From Phoronis australis (Eukaryota > Animalia > Phoronida): a stretch of 64,000 nucleotides of DNA. Made by a program: the position numbers and the translations under genes. The stretch is taken from NCBI GenBank assembly GCA_002633005.1, contig NMRA01000140.1:372001-436000 (forward strand), in the 5' to 3' direction. Positions 1 through 14,031 of this stretch are shown one piece after another. The notes under the pieces were generated by a model. That model saw only the letters and a list, made by a program, of their open reading frames with translations, ran no database searches and was not told the DNA's origin. Position 1 is the first letter of the stretch, and the number at the start of each line of letters is the position of its first letter.

Positions 1-2819
1 ATGTCTGTATGGTTGGACTTTGTGGTCAGGCACCTTCATGACATCCCCGATCCACCAGCATAGAACCACCTGTTGGCCAACACGCTGTGAGCATGTTTTT
101 GACCAGATAATGCATACCACCTGGTATTAGCAAAAAGCGTGTGAAAAAGTGCAAAAATACTGCACAACACTAGGCTCATGACTGGTTGATTTATACCATT
201 AACAAATTGAATTGAAGGTCTATCTGGAGTCAATTACTCAATAGACTTGGTCAACAGGAGGCAGCTGTGGGCTGACACAGGGACCTGTGGGGACTGTTAT
301 GAACTGCAGAATGTGTCAAAGACTGTAGCTATTGGCGCTGGAGTCGAGATGACCCCGAAGGTATGTTGACCCAAGAAAATGACATTACCTTACTTCTAAT
401 AATAGAGTCTTAACAGCTAATTCTTTCAAAGAAAAACACTCTTAATTGAGTTTCATAGTACCGTGGGTAAGACAAAATGAAGGGTGATAGCTGAAAGCAA
501 TATTTACGTCATCATGTATTTTTTTCAAACGGCCGAATGTCCACATATGTGGGAAGACACGGTCGCACGTTTGAGGAGCCCATGTGTTCTTACTGAACTA
601 GAAAAAATTCAAATGTTTGATGCATCAGGTTTGATGTGGTTTCTTTAAAAACCATAATCAAATCGTCCAATTATAATAATGAAGTGGATTAGATCGTAAA
701 AGGCTATAGAGTGTCAACTGGTGGTTTATTACACATAAGGTTCAATCCCCTAAATTCACACAATATGGCTTCAATATAAAGGCCCCCATCTTATCAAACT
801 CGTTTCCAGAAAATCCTCAAGCCCATCCTAAAAACATGATGAAATTAGGCTGCAATGAGGAAACCAATGACTTTGGAAAAAAAAAACGAATGGGGCACTG
901 GCCATAGACTTGTTATTGAGATTTGTGACCAGCATAGATCTAACACCTATTCAATCAGAAGCTGTTGTCAAACGTTGGAGAACATGCTGTAACTATCTGG
1001 CATAAAAAACAAACAAAACCAAGTAAACGGAATACAAGACGAATGTAGACCTGGGGACACTAGACTTAACTTTACTGAAATGGACACTAATCCTTGCCTG
1101 AAATTTGAGTGGGTGTTGACAGGCTGAATAGCTTTCATGTGTAGTAGACTAGAGACCCTCCAGGGAAACTGTTAAGTCAATGATATACCAAGGTACCATT
1201 CAGGGGAAAAGATAGCATCAGAGGCTATTAGGAAGTTCTGTAGGCAACCTCACTTCAACATAAAGACATACCTTAGATCAAATCTAAAGCAAGGAGTGCA
1301 GATCTCATAACATATTGAAAATAGCGAATCAATAGAAATGGAGCTTTCAAAACCCAATTGAAATTTAAAATTGGGAAAAGGTTCTTCTATGACTTAACAA
1401 AAACACCCTCTGACAGGTACATAAAACATTGAAATCTTCAACAATCTCGTTAACAGGTATGTAATAGAACTAGTAAAGATATCCTTGAACACCTAGTAAG
1501 GTGTGATGTTTATTCAATCAACAAATGCTGAACATAAAATATGTTTAGCTTCACATTCCTAGAAGCTGACACTATCAGAGCAAGCCATCACACCAGTGTG
1601 AGACCAAACAGTCTATTTGCAGGCGGGATCCGAAGGGCAGTGTGAGAGTCCAGACCCGACCCCCACCCCCCTCAGTCATCACTTCCATCTTTTATAAATG
1701 TCTGACCTCACCAGAACAAAATCCTGGATCAGTGGCTGATATGATACGTATTAGTTCACAACGTGAAGCTAACCGTAATGTACTTTTTCAAACTGTACAA
1801 TTAGCTTATAATAGTCGGTTATTAGAAGCTATAATTTTCGTAAACATAGACGGTAACACTCTATAATTGTCTTGACTGATAACCTGACCATGTAAATAGC
1901 TTTAGGGTTTCTCCATTTATGACAGAAATTACAGATCCATTACAAAATACCATAAAATTCATCTACTGAGGACACGAGTGGGATTTCATTTCGTCAATTT
2001 TCCAAAGAAAAAATTTAGCCCGATTGGCACACACACTACACATGTCAACAAAAATAATGTCTAGTATCAGAGAAATGATTTCATTTAGGAACTGAATTTC
2101 TAAAAAAATGGAGGAACGAAAAAAATTGTTCGTTTCCTCATATAACCACTCCATTTCATCAAGATGTTGTTCATTATGTCCTGAAAAATCTGATTGGTGT
2201 GACAAGACCTTAGCCTATGGCAAAACATCACAAATTCTGGACAAAAAGGATTGCCAAAATTGACCCTTTTCCCATTTCAAAGCCTTCTAGAATTCTTATC
2301 AATGCCCACGATTTCCCAGAATCCTTGTCTGATGGTAGCTGAGGTGCAGGACCTTACAGCTGAAAAAGCATTTATTTGGTGCATGAAAAAATAAAAACTC
2401 CCTAGTCGACCATAATGTGTCTATAATTAGTGGGATTTTGCCATAACTAAGTGTCTGAATGTCTGAATTATGGCTTCCAAATAGCTTCAGAGCATCCCCT
2501 TCCACCCAACTCTTAAAGCCCCAAAATGAAATTCAGGGTATAACCAGTCCTCCAGTCTTCAACAGTCTGCTGGTGGCACCTACTGGTTCAGAAAATAAAT
2601 CACCATGGGTGATTGTTGTTAGTGGAGTGTGATAATGTGGACACCTGGAGTAATGTGTTTATAATTAAGCAGGGGCCAAGAACCTGTAACAGTGTTGGTC
2701 ATGACAAATGTTTAGATGGGTCAACTGTTCCCATTTTTGTAAATTGATAACCCCTGTAATGAGATGGACCACATACATGATATACACACACTGCACAATA
2801 GGCAGGGGCAATACAGTAC

Positions 2820-2893
2820 ATGGGCAGCACACCTGAGGGGGCTGGGAGGGACTATGGCCCTTCATTTTTTCAGCCGCCATGCAGTAGCCCATA
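2820..2893 (-). mobile_element. Short MITE, CATGGGC(G/A)G-terminus family (reverse copy)
   Basis: Similar to the reverse complement of the copies at 5240, 10699 and 12799. Confidence 0.5.
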
Positions 2894-3660
2894 AACTCGA
2901 GAGGCCAAATTCATTTTGAAAATGGAACATCTCAAGCACAACTGCATAATGCCCATAATGCAATGCCTAAACTCAAGAAATCAAGCGAAAACCCCCTCAC
3001 CAGGACCAAAAGTTACCATCTAATGCTTAAAAATCCCCTCATGATTAGAATCATTCTTGCAAAATGTTCGTGAGGACCCTGGAATTCTTAAAAAATCCTT
3101 CTTATCAACATTGCCAGATACTATCATATCACGTTTCACCAATGAACTTGGACATGTAAATCAAGTTTTCTTCTGAATAGACTTGTTTTGAGCACTTGTT
3201 TGTGAATGCTAACTATACCAATAGTCTTGTTCACTAGAAATGTGGGGCCACTATGTATATATATTCAACTAGCAGTGTGATACCTATGTGATATTTGTTG
3301 TTAGTATATTTTTCAAAGGAGAGGCAACAGTGCCAGTTCTGATCAGTGATCTAACGGCAAATAACCAACACAGAGTAACTGCATTCACACTGGACAGCTA
3401 AACATTGGATCAAGTTTTGTTTATTTGATCTGCACTCTCACTATCACCAAAGCCAGTGCATAATATGTTTCAATGACTTGGTAATATAAATGTTTGGTCA
3501 AACACAAAACACTTCACTGCACCAGCTTTACAACAGCCAGTGATTATGCAGCACTTGAAGGGCTGCAGAACAAACTTGGCTCCATCTATCTGACCACACC
3601 AGTCTCTGGGACAGCTGAAGCTGTGATATTTTACCAATTTAGGACACAGCTGAATTCGTA

Positions 3661-4020
3661 CTTTCTCATTTTTTCATCAAGGATTGGTAACACCGAAGCG
3701 ATATTACAGTTCACCCATCATATTATATACCTTAAAAGCTTTAAATATTTTGAAAAAAATGAGGATATTTTCTCATTTTTCATCAAAGATTGGTAATGTT
3801 GTAGATGTGCTTCCGGTGAATTATATGAGCCTCTGTTAGCTACTCGCTAACGGGCAATTGCCTATTAGCTGAATAGTTAGCACGCTTGCCGGTTTTATGG
3901 GGGTCGCGGGTTCGATCCCCGGGTCGGGTAATCTCGGCTATTACTACAGTAACACCGAAGCGATACTAAAGTTCATCCATCATATCTTGTACCTTAAAAG
4001 CATTAAAAATTTTGAAAAAA
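3661..4020. repeat. Local tandem duplication of a ~108-bp unit; second copy interrupted by an insertion
   Basis: tttctcattttt..catcaa(g/a)gattggtaa-caccgaagcgata..accttaaaagc..ttttgaaaaaa occurs at 3661-3760 and again at 3769-3796 plus 3953-4020. Confidence 0.85.
3797..3948 (+). mobile_element. 152-bp TG...CA insertion (solo-LTR/TRIM-like) with internal tRNA-like A and B boxes
   Basis: Starts tgttgtag, ends ttactaca; GTAA duplicated on both sides (3793-3796, 3949-3952); the uninterrupted site is in the neighbouring repeat copy; internal tagctgaatagttag (A-box-like) and gggttcgatcccc (B box). Confidence 0.7.
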
Positions 4021-5239
4021 GAAGTACCTCGATAACCATGTTAGAACTCATTGAAAATGAAAATGGTCAGTTTTGAGAAATAATTGTGTCCTAAATTCGA
4101 GAGATTTTATTGACCAACACTGTCTGAATTTTGGACAAGTTAAAAATAGTCAGCAGTGCCTATCATGGGGGGTTGTATTGTTGACCCATGTAGCTAATTG
4201 ATTCATGCCATGTTCACACAGGACGATTGATCAATTTTCAAGAGCAGTGTCTAGTAAAAATTGGTGATCACAGAGCTGGTTTTTGCATTTCTATCAAGAT
4301 GAAATGTTGTGATTACACATGTACCCTATACAAGAGACTGAACTTTGCTCCCAAATACAAAGTTTACCCCTTCCTTTGAATACATTCCGAAGTCAGGAAT
4401 AAAAACATGGGCTCATGCAACCAACATACTTGTTGAAATTGGAAATGCAGAAGTGTGCAGAGGAACAATAGACTGTGTTGGCACTGTCAATTGGCTTCAC
4501 ACTGACTGAGAAGGGCTTTTGAAGACAGGCAGAAAAGTTAGGATGTGTGAATAACAGATTAGCACAGTAAACAGGGAATTATTCAATCAAGTGACTGGCT
4601 TGTGAGTTTGGACAGACCCAACAAGATCATGCTTGTGTATGGCTAGACTATGCCACTTACGTAGCAGCAAAACTTACAAAATCGCCACCACTAAAAGTGA
4701 TTAAAACGGATAACTACCCAAAAAGCTCACTATTTTTTCTAAAACAGGCAAATGTCTCTTTTTCGTCCGAAAGTGATTTTTAAGCATCCAAAAAGTTCTT
4801 TTCGAAAAAGGGGGGTTTCACTTCTGAAACTTATAATATATCGCGTACTGCAGCATCCTGATTGGTTACTGACATGAAACACCAGCTTGGGATCCCATTT
4901 TGTGAGCAAGTTAACAACACATTAATTGACAAGTGAGAACAACTTAAAATATTGCAACGTTGTTTCAAAGGTTAAAACATTGAGACATTAACAATAGTTT
5001 GCATGGACACTAGTATTAGACACCCTCATATAATTACTCAGCAAGAGTGCAACAGGTACTGGTATTTCTGCCATGTCTACAGGTTTGCGCAACTTGCATT
5101 AGGGCAAGTTAACCCAAAACAAATTACCATACCTTGAAGAGGTGGGGTAAAATTGTCACACATGGGTCAAGTTGCCTCACCGCAAATCGTAACTAAACTT
5201 CTACTAAACCCAAGGATAACTCGTTCCATGAGATACTTG

Positions 5240-5310
5240 CATGGGCAGCGCAGCAGTGAAATAAGTGGGAGGGCCATAGCCCTTCAGCCCCCTATGGTGT
5301 GCCGCCCATG
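5240..5310 (+). mobile_element. Short MITE, CATGGGC(G/A)G-terminus family
   Basis: catgggcagcg...gtgaaataagt...ggccatagccc...gccgcccatg; terminal inverted repeat; related copies elsewhere in the window. Confidence 0.6.
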
Positions 5311-5899
5311 ACTAAGATAACTCATAGTTTGGTGACATTTGAAATTGAACACGCACACCTCAAATGTGCTGATCCAGTGACGTGGACATACCATGGTCAC
5401 AGCAGTGGAACACATCCTAGTATGAACACCATGAACCAGATTTTCTTCACCATGCTACAAAAACTCGATTCTATGAATTTCTGAGTGACCAAGACTTGTA
5501 AGAGTAACAAATGTTCACAATTCGTAAAAGCAGGCGGAGTACGCATCACACAATGAAAATTAAAATGGCTCCAATTCGTTAATGATAAAGGAATCTTGCG
5601 GTGATAGGTCAGCCGCAATTCAGGAATTTTGCAGCAGCAGGGGGCTGATAACCGAATATTATCAGGAGACTTCTCTGTGTAACATTGGCTGACCGAGAAA
5701 CACTGTGTCCCTTCACCATTCAGTCACAGATGCAAGAAATTCAGAGCTGACTACTAAGTAGAAGATGGTCAATCAAAAAGATCCACATAAATTGCACATG
5801 CCCCAGAAACAGAAAAACACATTCAGAAACATCAAAGGGAAGGACTGTGTTGGAAAATCAATATAAAAAGTGTAGAACATGACTATAACTTAATCAGTT

Positions 5900-6156
5900 G
5901 AAGCATTTCGTCTTGTATAGCTGGCTAAAAACAAAATCGAATCAGGTCTCATAGGATTCCAGTTCCGTTAACTCGGGACGCACGCAATGGGCACATGTGC
6001 CATTTTCGAATTCCCAGTTTTAGGATTGGCCAATGCCAATAACAGAAATAGAATCCTGTCAGGGTGAAGAATATCACAAAATCGATTTTATAAAAGTAAA
6101 AGGTATAATTTGATTTTCATTTTTAAGCAGCTAAACAGCTAGCAAAGTGTAGTTTT
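5900..6156. mobile_element. Degraded MITE related to the 51811-52136 element
   Basis: Shares the tagctggctaaaaacaaaa terminus and a cagctaaa opposite end with the 51811 copy. Confidence 0.45.
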
Positions 6157-8357
6157 AAAGTTATGAATGCTCTGATTACAAAGTTACTTTGAACATAGAA
6201 GAGCCAAAATCAACAGTTGATCTGTGCTGTATTCATGAGAAATGGTCATTGATGTCATAGGACTGACCTATTTATGAATAGAATTCCTATTGCACCATTT
6301 TCGAATTTCAGTACAGAACAACCTCAATAAAATTGACAATTATTCAACGTACTTCTTGACCTGTGAGGATTGGTATACATGTTATTTTTCGTTACAGAAA
6401 ACAAGTGTTATCATGGTTAAGGAAATTTCTGAGACCGGGTTTATTAAGAGCAAAAGGCCTACCACTTCAATTTTTGTTTTTCGTCAGGTCAGCAAGATAA
6501 AATATATAGCTTTATTCAGTTCAATCAGCAAAGCAAAACACACAGAGTTTATTATTCAGACGACAGTAATATCAAGGTCCCCAAAAGAATTGACAAGAAC
6601 AAGGGCGGCTGTAACCAAAGCCAGCGAGTTTTGCATGTGGTTGAGGTCCTTTCAACGCACACTACAGCATAATACCTCAGGATTACTTGTCACATAGCAA
6701 GGTACATTTCAAAAGAACAACTTCTTTATGCCAGCTTAAGTGATGTGTTATTCAGGCATCAAGTTTCTTGTAAGCCACACAGTCTGGCTATCAAAAGGCT
6801 GTTTTCAAAACCAAAACACTCTTAAGGTTTTAGGTGTTTGTAAACCCCATAACATGAACTCCTCTCTGTAGGGGTCAAGTTACCTACAACAGATAAATCT
6901 TTGAATAACCAACAACCTGCAAATGTTATTGGGCACACATTTCCCCCAAGACGTTTTATTTTAATACAGAGCTTGATTTGATGACCTGCAAGTTGCCAAT
7001 CCGGCCTGAGATTTCATTTGGCAGCCTGGTAAAAATGCCAAGTAGCCACAGAGTCACCACGCACAAATCCGAGCAAGCACTAAATAGCAGAAAGTTAAAA
7101 GATGGGAGTCGGAAGTGTTCGGCAAAAACCGCACGGGCCCGTTAATGATTGATGCACAGACAATAGCTGAGGCTGGAGAAAATACCGGGCCAGTTTGATG
7201 AATTTGTCATTGCTGAGTGCACAATAATCCCAATTTTTCAGTTTGACTAAAAAAAGGTCGCACGGGTGTTCTGAGGCAGCCTAAGTTCAGGGGAATACAC
7301 TCACACACATATGCTATGAGTTGAAAAAAGCTCCCTTGCTGCAACAACAGGGCGACAATGCGACAATGACTGAAGTGAAGCAAAAGTAGACACAATAGAT
7401 AGTGGCAGGACAATCAGGGCAACTGAAGCTCTGCAGTACATCTCTGAACAGGCAAATTAAGTGGCACTACATTCACTGGCAGAATCTTTAAGTGGAAAAT
7501 GACAGAAGATGGCTGCTAATGTGGAAATTGACCTGCTGCACAAAGGGTGAGGGGACTCCGGAGTTGTACTGACCCCACTTGGCCTGAATCAACTGGGGAT
7601 TCATGAACGGGGTGTTAGGGGAATGACAACCCAGGAATGACAGCTCTTTGAACACCTGTCCACTGAACAACTGTTGGTTCAGACAACCCACAAAATGAAA
7701 CTCTGGGGACAAGTTCTTCAAGCTGGTGGAAGAAGTACTGGTTTATTTCATTATTCTTAGGTATTAAAATGAATTTACTTTTTGACACACGTCCCCATTT
7801 TGTCTGAAGAAACCCACCTCCTATACAAAGCTTATGACAGGCCTGCAATGCTCAAATTTTGCGAAACAACAATTGCTGCCTGGAGTTGTGCAGTAGCAAT
7901 TGACTTGACATTCTCAATTTATTGCCAATTACAGAAAATTTTCATGTAAAATTCAGTTTCAGCCATATTAAGTTTGACGAAAAACACAAGTGTCTTGTAG
8001 TTTGCAGGTGTATAAAGTCTAGCAAGCTATATTATGCAAGACCAAACTAATCATACAAAATACTATTTCCTCCATCATAATGACTACTTCTGTTAACAGC
8101 AAGTGCCTGGTTATGACTATTCTGGTGGCAATCCAATTATAGAAGGGTTTAGCCACCTCACTAACTCTACTGTTGATTCCCCTTCATTCTCCGTCATGAG
8201 GGTAGGCCACTGTGACAATGAATTCAGGCTCCGTCTAGCCATCAACGACATGGATTTCGGGTCATCTTGTCTGAATACGGTACTTTAGGCCCGTGCTGTA
8301 GGTGGCAAATTCAGAGAAGCTGTAATTTGACTTATGGCACTCCAATGTTTTGGGCTT

Positions 8358-8518
8358 AGAAGCAGAATTAAGGGGGAGGGGGATCTTGCCCCCTCCCCCC
8401 CTAAAATTTTCCCAGATTCCATGTGGCAGTTCAAGGGATCCGAATGTCTGATGGGCAAAATCCTAGCTAATACTCTGCTCTGCTCTCCCCCCCCCCTAAC
8501 TCAACTCCTGGATCTCCC
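8358..8518 (+). mobile_element. ~155-bp non-autonomous DNA element (GCGGAT..ATCCGC family)
   Basis: ctaaaattttcccagattccat..ggcagttc..aatgtctga..aaaatcct..taatactct..cccctaactcaa..cctggatc is shared with 49195-49353 and (reverse) 52980-53127. Confidence 0.7.
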
Positions 8519-9587
8519 GGGGTTAGCATATTGTTAAAAAGTGTACATGCGAGTAACATCTGCTGTGTTCAATACAATACAACATGTTTTTACAGCTCAA
8601 TATTTTCTTTGTTAGGCTCAAACTTAGGGACGAACAACACTTAACATGCAGATCACAAACAACTTTACCAAAGTAAACAAAACGATTGATTTTATGGCAG
8701 AGGATTGAATGCGATCCCATATATGTACAGAGTAAATATTAGACAAAGTACAAAGTACAAAGACATTGACTATTTAATAATTTCCTAACACACTTGTTAT
8801 TAAACAGGATACTTGAAATCGATAAAATTTAACGGATTCGCGACGAGGACAGTGGTTAGTTCAGTGCAATAACAATTCACCGCGTAATTTGAGTTTTAAG
8901 TGGCCAATGCCTTAACGCAACACACAGGTTACGGTGAAATTACCTCAATTCTACTCACAATATGGCAGACAAATGAAATTTAATTTTTTGTTCATTTTAT
9001 TACGGCAGCAAATATGCTTTAAATACAGCTTTTAAGTTCTATCTGCTTACAGAAAGACAATGTTTTGAGAAATTGTAGGCATTCATAATGAGTCTTTGAA
9101 GATGACGAAAAGACAACGTTGACAATTATTTTTGTCTGAAATTTGTGAGATTTTACTGCGCATAGGTTATCTGCTGGAGGCGAATGGCATTAAATCCTAA
9201 CCCTGCAGAGATGCGACACTGAAATGTGACTTACATTTACACTTAAAAGAGGGCGTGCAAAATAGGTAATTAACTCAGACTTAATACCAGGCGAAACTGT
9301 TACAAAATCTAAAATTGCCATATTACCCCCAACAGAAAGTCTGATGACTAAGGTGTTCTTGTGAAATCTCAGGGTGTCTTAAGTTGAAACAGGTGTGTTT
9401 AAATATTGTGCTAGGTCAAGGTGAATTTATACACCACTAAGCAAGGTAATATTACTACTATGTAGTATGTAGGAATGTAGCGACTTAACACAAACCAAAG
9501 CAAATAAATAACCACACCTGGTCACTGGGAAACGGCACAAAGGGGAATTAATTACGCAATTACTGGTGTCAAAGAGGCGCTACTTAC

Positions 9588-9858
9588 GAATTTTAACACT
9601 TTTATGGTCCAAACTCTCTACGGTTTCTTCCAAAGACCATATTTTGGCCTTGACCTGCTGAGATCTCATAAATGTAACCATGCATTCCTTCTCCAACTCC
9701 AAGAACATGTTGTTGGCGTGCTGCATCAAAGTTCCAAGTTGCCGCAACACGTTGGCGAGCGCGGCGTTCGAAAATGCATCGAAATCGCCACATAAGCTAG
9801 GTGGAACGACCAACCCTTTAGTGGGACCTAGGTCCACACTTCGTTTTATGAAAGGCAT
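9588..9858 (-). CDS. First coding exon of an NHS/NHS-like (GUK-holder-type) actin regulator, N-terminal WAVE homology domain
   Basis: MPFIKRSV...SNAALANVLRQLGTLMQHANNMFLELE...LDHKSVKI resembles NHS (MPFAKRIV..SNAALARVLRQL..HA..LF.ELE..LDPK) more than WAVE; ATG at 9858; phase-1 donor C|GTAAGT at 9588/9587. No further exons confidently found in the window. Confidence 0.85.
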
Positions 9859-10698
9859 AGCGAAATTGACGAGTTTACGACAAAGTTTCACGAAAAAAGC
9901 TCGAGAGAGCGCGTAACTGCACCGCCACTCGCTCACCGTACATGACCCCTCTCAGCTGTAGTAGCTGTTCCCACAAATAAACGCCCTCCACGAGTTTGAG
10001 CGCACAACACGTTTCTTTCTTTAATTAACTACGCTGTAGATAAAAAGTTCAATGAAAGTAATTGTGATAGGTTTTGTATTCGTTCATGTTTGCTATTTGC
10101 TTTTCACTGACTGGATATGTGACTATTTTTTGTACAGTTCATGCAATGAAATGGGTAATCATTTTAAATGCAAGAGCCTCGTGTTAAAAGTCGATTGGCC
10201 AAAACTTATTGGTGCAAGGGACGCGGCACCGAAGGAGCGGATCGGTTGGCGCGTAAAGCTTTATGAACATACTGGTCAATAACCAAAAGTTCACCATAAT
10301 TCTTAACCCTAGTCATGATGTATTGACTTTAAAAAGACAGGAAAAATCATGCTTACCGTAATATGTTTGTTTAAACTCTACGCGGCAAGCAGTTAGCCGG
10401 AATAATCAGTCATGACGAGATGCGTGTTTTTTTTTTGTTGCGTGGCGAAATTTTTTCGCCAATTATGTTGCCCTGACATCAAGTTTTTTGTTCGCACCCT
10501 ACAGTTCATATGTTCCTTCCGATTCGCACAAAATTCATACACAACCAAGTTAGTCTGGTTCCGGAATGTTTGGAAACCTATTTTTTCGTTTTTTTTTATT
10601 CCAATAGTCGCTGGCCGGGCAGCGTATTTTCTTTCCGCCCTTCCATAGGTTGACGGAAACATTCGGTCCTTTTTGGGCCTGGGATAACAATGTTGTTA

Positions 10699-10838
10699 CA
10701 TGAGCGGAGCACCACTGAAATAAGTTGGGGGGGGGGGGGGGGNNNNNNNNNNNNNNNNNNNNNNNNNNNNNNNNNNNNNNNNGCCATTGGGGCTATAGCC
10801 CCCCGGCCCCCCAGCCCCCTATGGGTGCGCCAACCATG
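10699..10838 (+). mobile_element. Short MITE, CATGGGC(G/A)G-terminus family, spanning an assembly gap
   Basis: catgagcgg..cactgaaataagt..[poly-G, 40 N]..ggggctatagcccc..cagccccctatgg..ccatg. Confidence 0.6.
10743..10782. other. Assembly gap (40 N) inside a poly-G tract
   Basis: Run of n in the sequence. Confidence 1.
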
Positions 10839-12798
10839 CACTGTTGGCCCGCCGAGTCATGAATGTCATAGTTCTCCCCTCACAGTCTGATTCAAAATAC
10901 AGACCTATGCAATGACCTAGTCAGTCAAGAGAAATAAAACTATAGATCTTCATGAGATAGTGGAAAATCCCCGCGACACATTGTGGAAAATCATACCTAG
11001 GAATACCGCCGGACACTGTCGGACAGTCCAATCCCAATTCGGTTGCACCGGCCAAGCCTTAATCACTGACCCGATACCACCCCAAAGTCATATGAAAGCT
11101 CAATGCATTTCGCTCTTGTTTACCTGTCAAAGTTAAAGTCATTCACATTTCACCGCTTTTTAACTGTCAGCGTTAATTTTTTAACCGAAGCGCTCTCAGA
11201 TGGGGTTTTAAATAACATTATTACACCTTGCCCGGAATGACTAGTGGATCCGGCGACTCATAGGCATATGCACCAGTTTAGAATCGGCAACTTCACAGTT
11301 GGCTAACCCCAAAAAACTCGGAAATTTGTTTAGTCTCTGATGGTTTCGATGTTCTTGTTTCTAACGGGTAATTGCTGGATTATTATGGGACCGCCTTTTT
11401 ATGAGAATCAATACGCCAAACTAGAGTTTAGTTTTTACTAGGGCAAGTAAGCAAGGACAACATAGAATGGAAGCACTTTGGGGTTTTAAAAACATGATCA
11501 CGCTCATCCGAGCTTGAATTATTGTTGATTGGAAATACCAGCAACTTGAGTAACGTAACATGCGCCAGTCACCAGAGTGCGATCGGGTTGGATCAATGGA
11601 AGAATTTTGTTAAGTCATGGTTTCGGTGTTTTCGTTGGAAACGGTAACAGACTCTTATCAACGATGGTAAAGAATACATGACATCAATTTTATGAGAGTA
11701 ATAGCCAACTGAACAGGGCAAAGTGACCCACCCGACAAAAATTCTGAGAGCCAATGTACTTCCGAACTTAGAGGAGGTACTGGACTATATTTTTCATGGG
11801 GGTGTGCATCCGAAATCAGAATACCAACCGCGCACTTAAAAAGGGGACTTGAAAAAGGGTCACATTTGAAGGGAGCTTCCATGAAGAAGTCATCTTACCA
11901 CTTTGCCTTGTGTGTAGTGGTTCACATAAACCGCCTTTTGTATGGATTCTTGGACAGGTGTCTCTTGGACATTGTAGGCGAGAAATTTGATTTATAAACC
12001 TCAGCGAGGAATCGAACCTGCAACCCCAGTCGGCACTCTGATGGCGGAGCTTAATTAATTGTACTTGATCAGAAATGGCAGCGTATTTTAAGCACATTTT
12101 AAACTCGTAGCCTCACTCGCCTCGATTTCATCAACGTTTGACAGACATTGGAGAGAATTGGAGAGTTGAAATAAATTCACAAAAATACAACGGATTTTGT
12201 TTTCCTATAAATTGTAACTCCGGTCAATGTTGATTTCAAGAACTCTGTTCGATCCAACATTAGCCACAAATCTGCATTTTTCGGACAATGTCCCTTTAAC
12301 CGTCTCATAGTCAATAAGTATGAGAAAAGATTTCACCGTGTAAAAATTATACAGTTCAATACTTAACTTTAAAAGAATAGATGAGGCAAAACAGATGCAT
12401 AGTTGGTTTTGACCTCTGTATTTCTGAAACTTGAACCGGTGGTACGGTATTTTTTAGTTGGTCACTTATTCAGGAAAGATAATCCTGAAGACGAGAGATG
12501 CGGGATTTTTTCCATTCACCTCTTGACAAATCATGTCGCTTCAAACCTCGCGTACGTTCCTTTGAGCATCTTTTCAAAAAAATTGATGTAGGCAGGCGTT
12601 TTTTTAATTCCAGCCAAGTTCCCGTGTTTATTCTTTTTGAAAAATATACAAAAGCATGTAAACAAGGGCGTGGGATTTTCCAAATCATGAGTGAAAAGAT
12701 CACATGTTATGTTTGCTCATCTCAGGTGGATTTTATTTTTTTAAAGGTGAGCAACTGAAAAAATATCCCACCAAAGTGGGATCACAATGACGCAAGCT

Positions 12799-12956
12799 CA
12801 TGGGCGGTGCAGCACTGAATATAAGTGGGGCCTATAGCCCCCGCCCACCCCCAGCCCCTACGTTGCGCGTCGGCCATGCCCAGTCGGCCGCCGCGCAGCA
12901 CTGAAATAAGAGGGGGCTAACAGCCCTTCCCAGCCCCCTATGGTGTGCCGCCTCTG
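12799..12956 (+). mobile_element. Two tandem copies of the CATGGGCGG MITE family
   Basis: gcagcactgaa(t)ataag..gggg..agccc..cagccccta occurs twice, at about 12799-12877 and 12885-12956. Confidence 0.6.
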
Positions 12957-14031
12957 TAATAAGGGGGCCCATGGTAGCGGAAACCTCCCCGGACTACCTT
13001 AGGGCGCCGGGACACTACCAAAAACGACACCAACATGGTATGTGAGTCGACAATATTTCTTCCACAAATAGTGGTTGTGCTGTTCCTTACATCTTTCGGC
13101 GCCAGTCGGAGCACATTGATCTACCTCCGATTAGACAGCGACATCTTTAGGGTATGATGTAAACGAGTGTTATTCGAATTTCGACATTTTCCAGATCAGT
13201 GATGTATTGGTTCCTGTTTTGTTTTCCCCGCGATATTCTGATTTTCGGTCAGTAATGCCAGTGCTGGAAAATATAAAACTCGACTCTGTGTGTATGTAAA
13301 TTGTAGCCTAGCTTATATGAGGCAGCAATGCTTTAACTAACAGGTTAGTAGAATTTAACCGCCTAGCCAACGTGTATATTTGATCAATGTGAACATTTCC
13401 TTGTTATTGTCGGCGACAGAGTTCCCACGATCGATCCACAGACCACAGCCAGGCACAGGAAGATGACTTATCGTAGAAGCCTTACGTCCTTACAAACGTC
13501 TCAGGGTTTCTTCATGGTTTTGCTGGTCTCTCCATAGTTGGGCCTCAATGTTAAAAAATCCACCAGTATCGATTATCGAGACTTGATCCCAGTATCTCCG
13601 CTCGGTGGAAGCCAAATGTCCAATATTGCCTTTGCGGCTTTGCGCTTTAGACATCGGTTTGTGAGACACAACTGTGCTACACAAATCCAGGATAATTTTG
13701 TTGCAACTTGGACAATAGCACTTACATGGGTGCTACTTTTTGAGAACCAGTTTGATGCTGGTATGTCCTAGTTTATACTAGTGCGTAGTAATGTAATAAA
13801 GTAGTTCACTTATTACATCTCGCCTGTGATGTGTATTTTCATCGTTCCATACGAAAAAAAATAGAACATAATAGATGCCTGTTATTCAGTGCTGAAAACT
13901 TGTTCTCAAAATGTGGGACCCTTGCAAGTGACTATTAGCGCACCCTGTAGGCCTGCTTTTTCAGATTCGCCATCAACTCCAGGCTCAGAGTTTCAGTCCA
14001 ATAACTCAATCAGGTGTGACTTAATATAAGG

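Noticed and set aside
245-360. Possible + strand exon ending GAAG|gtatgt
   Set aside because: No recognisable homology and no partner exons; it is antisense within the presumed NHS-like intron.
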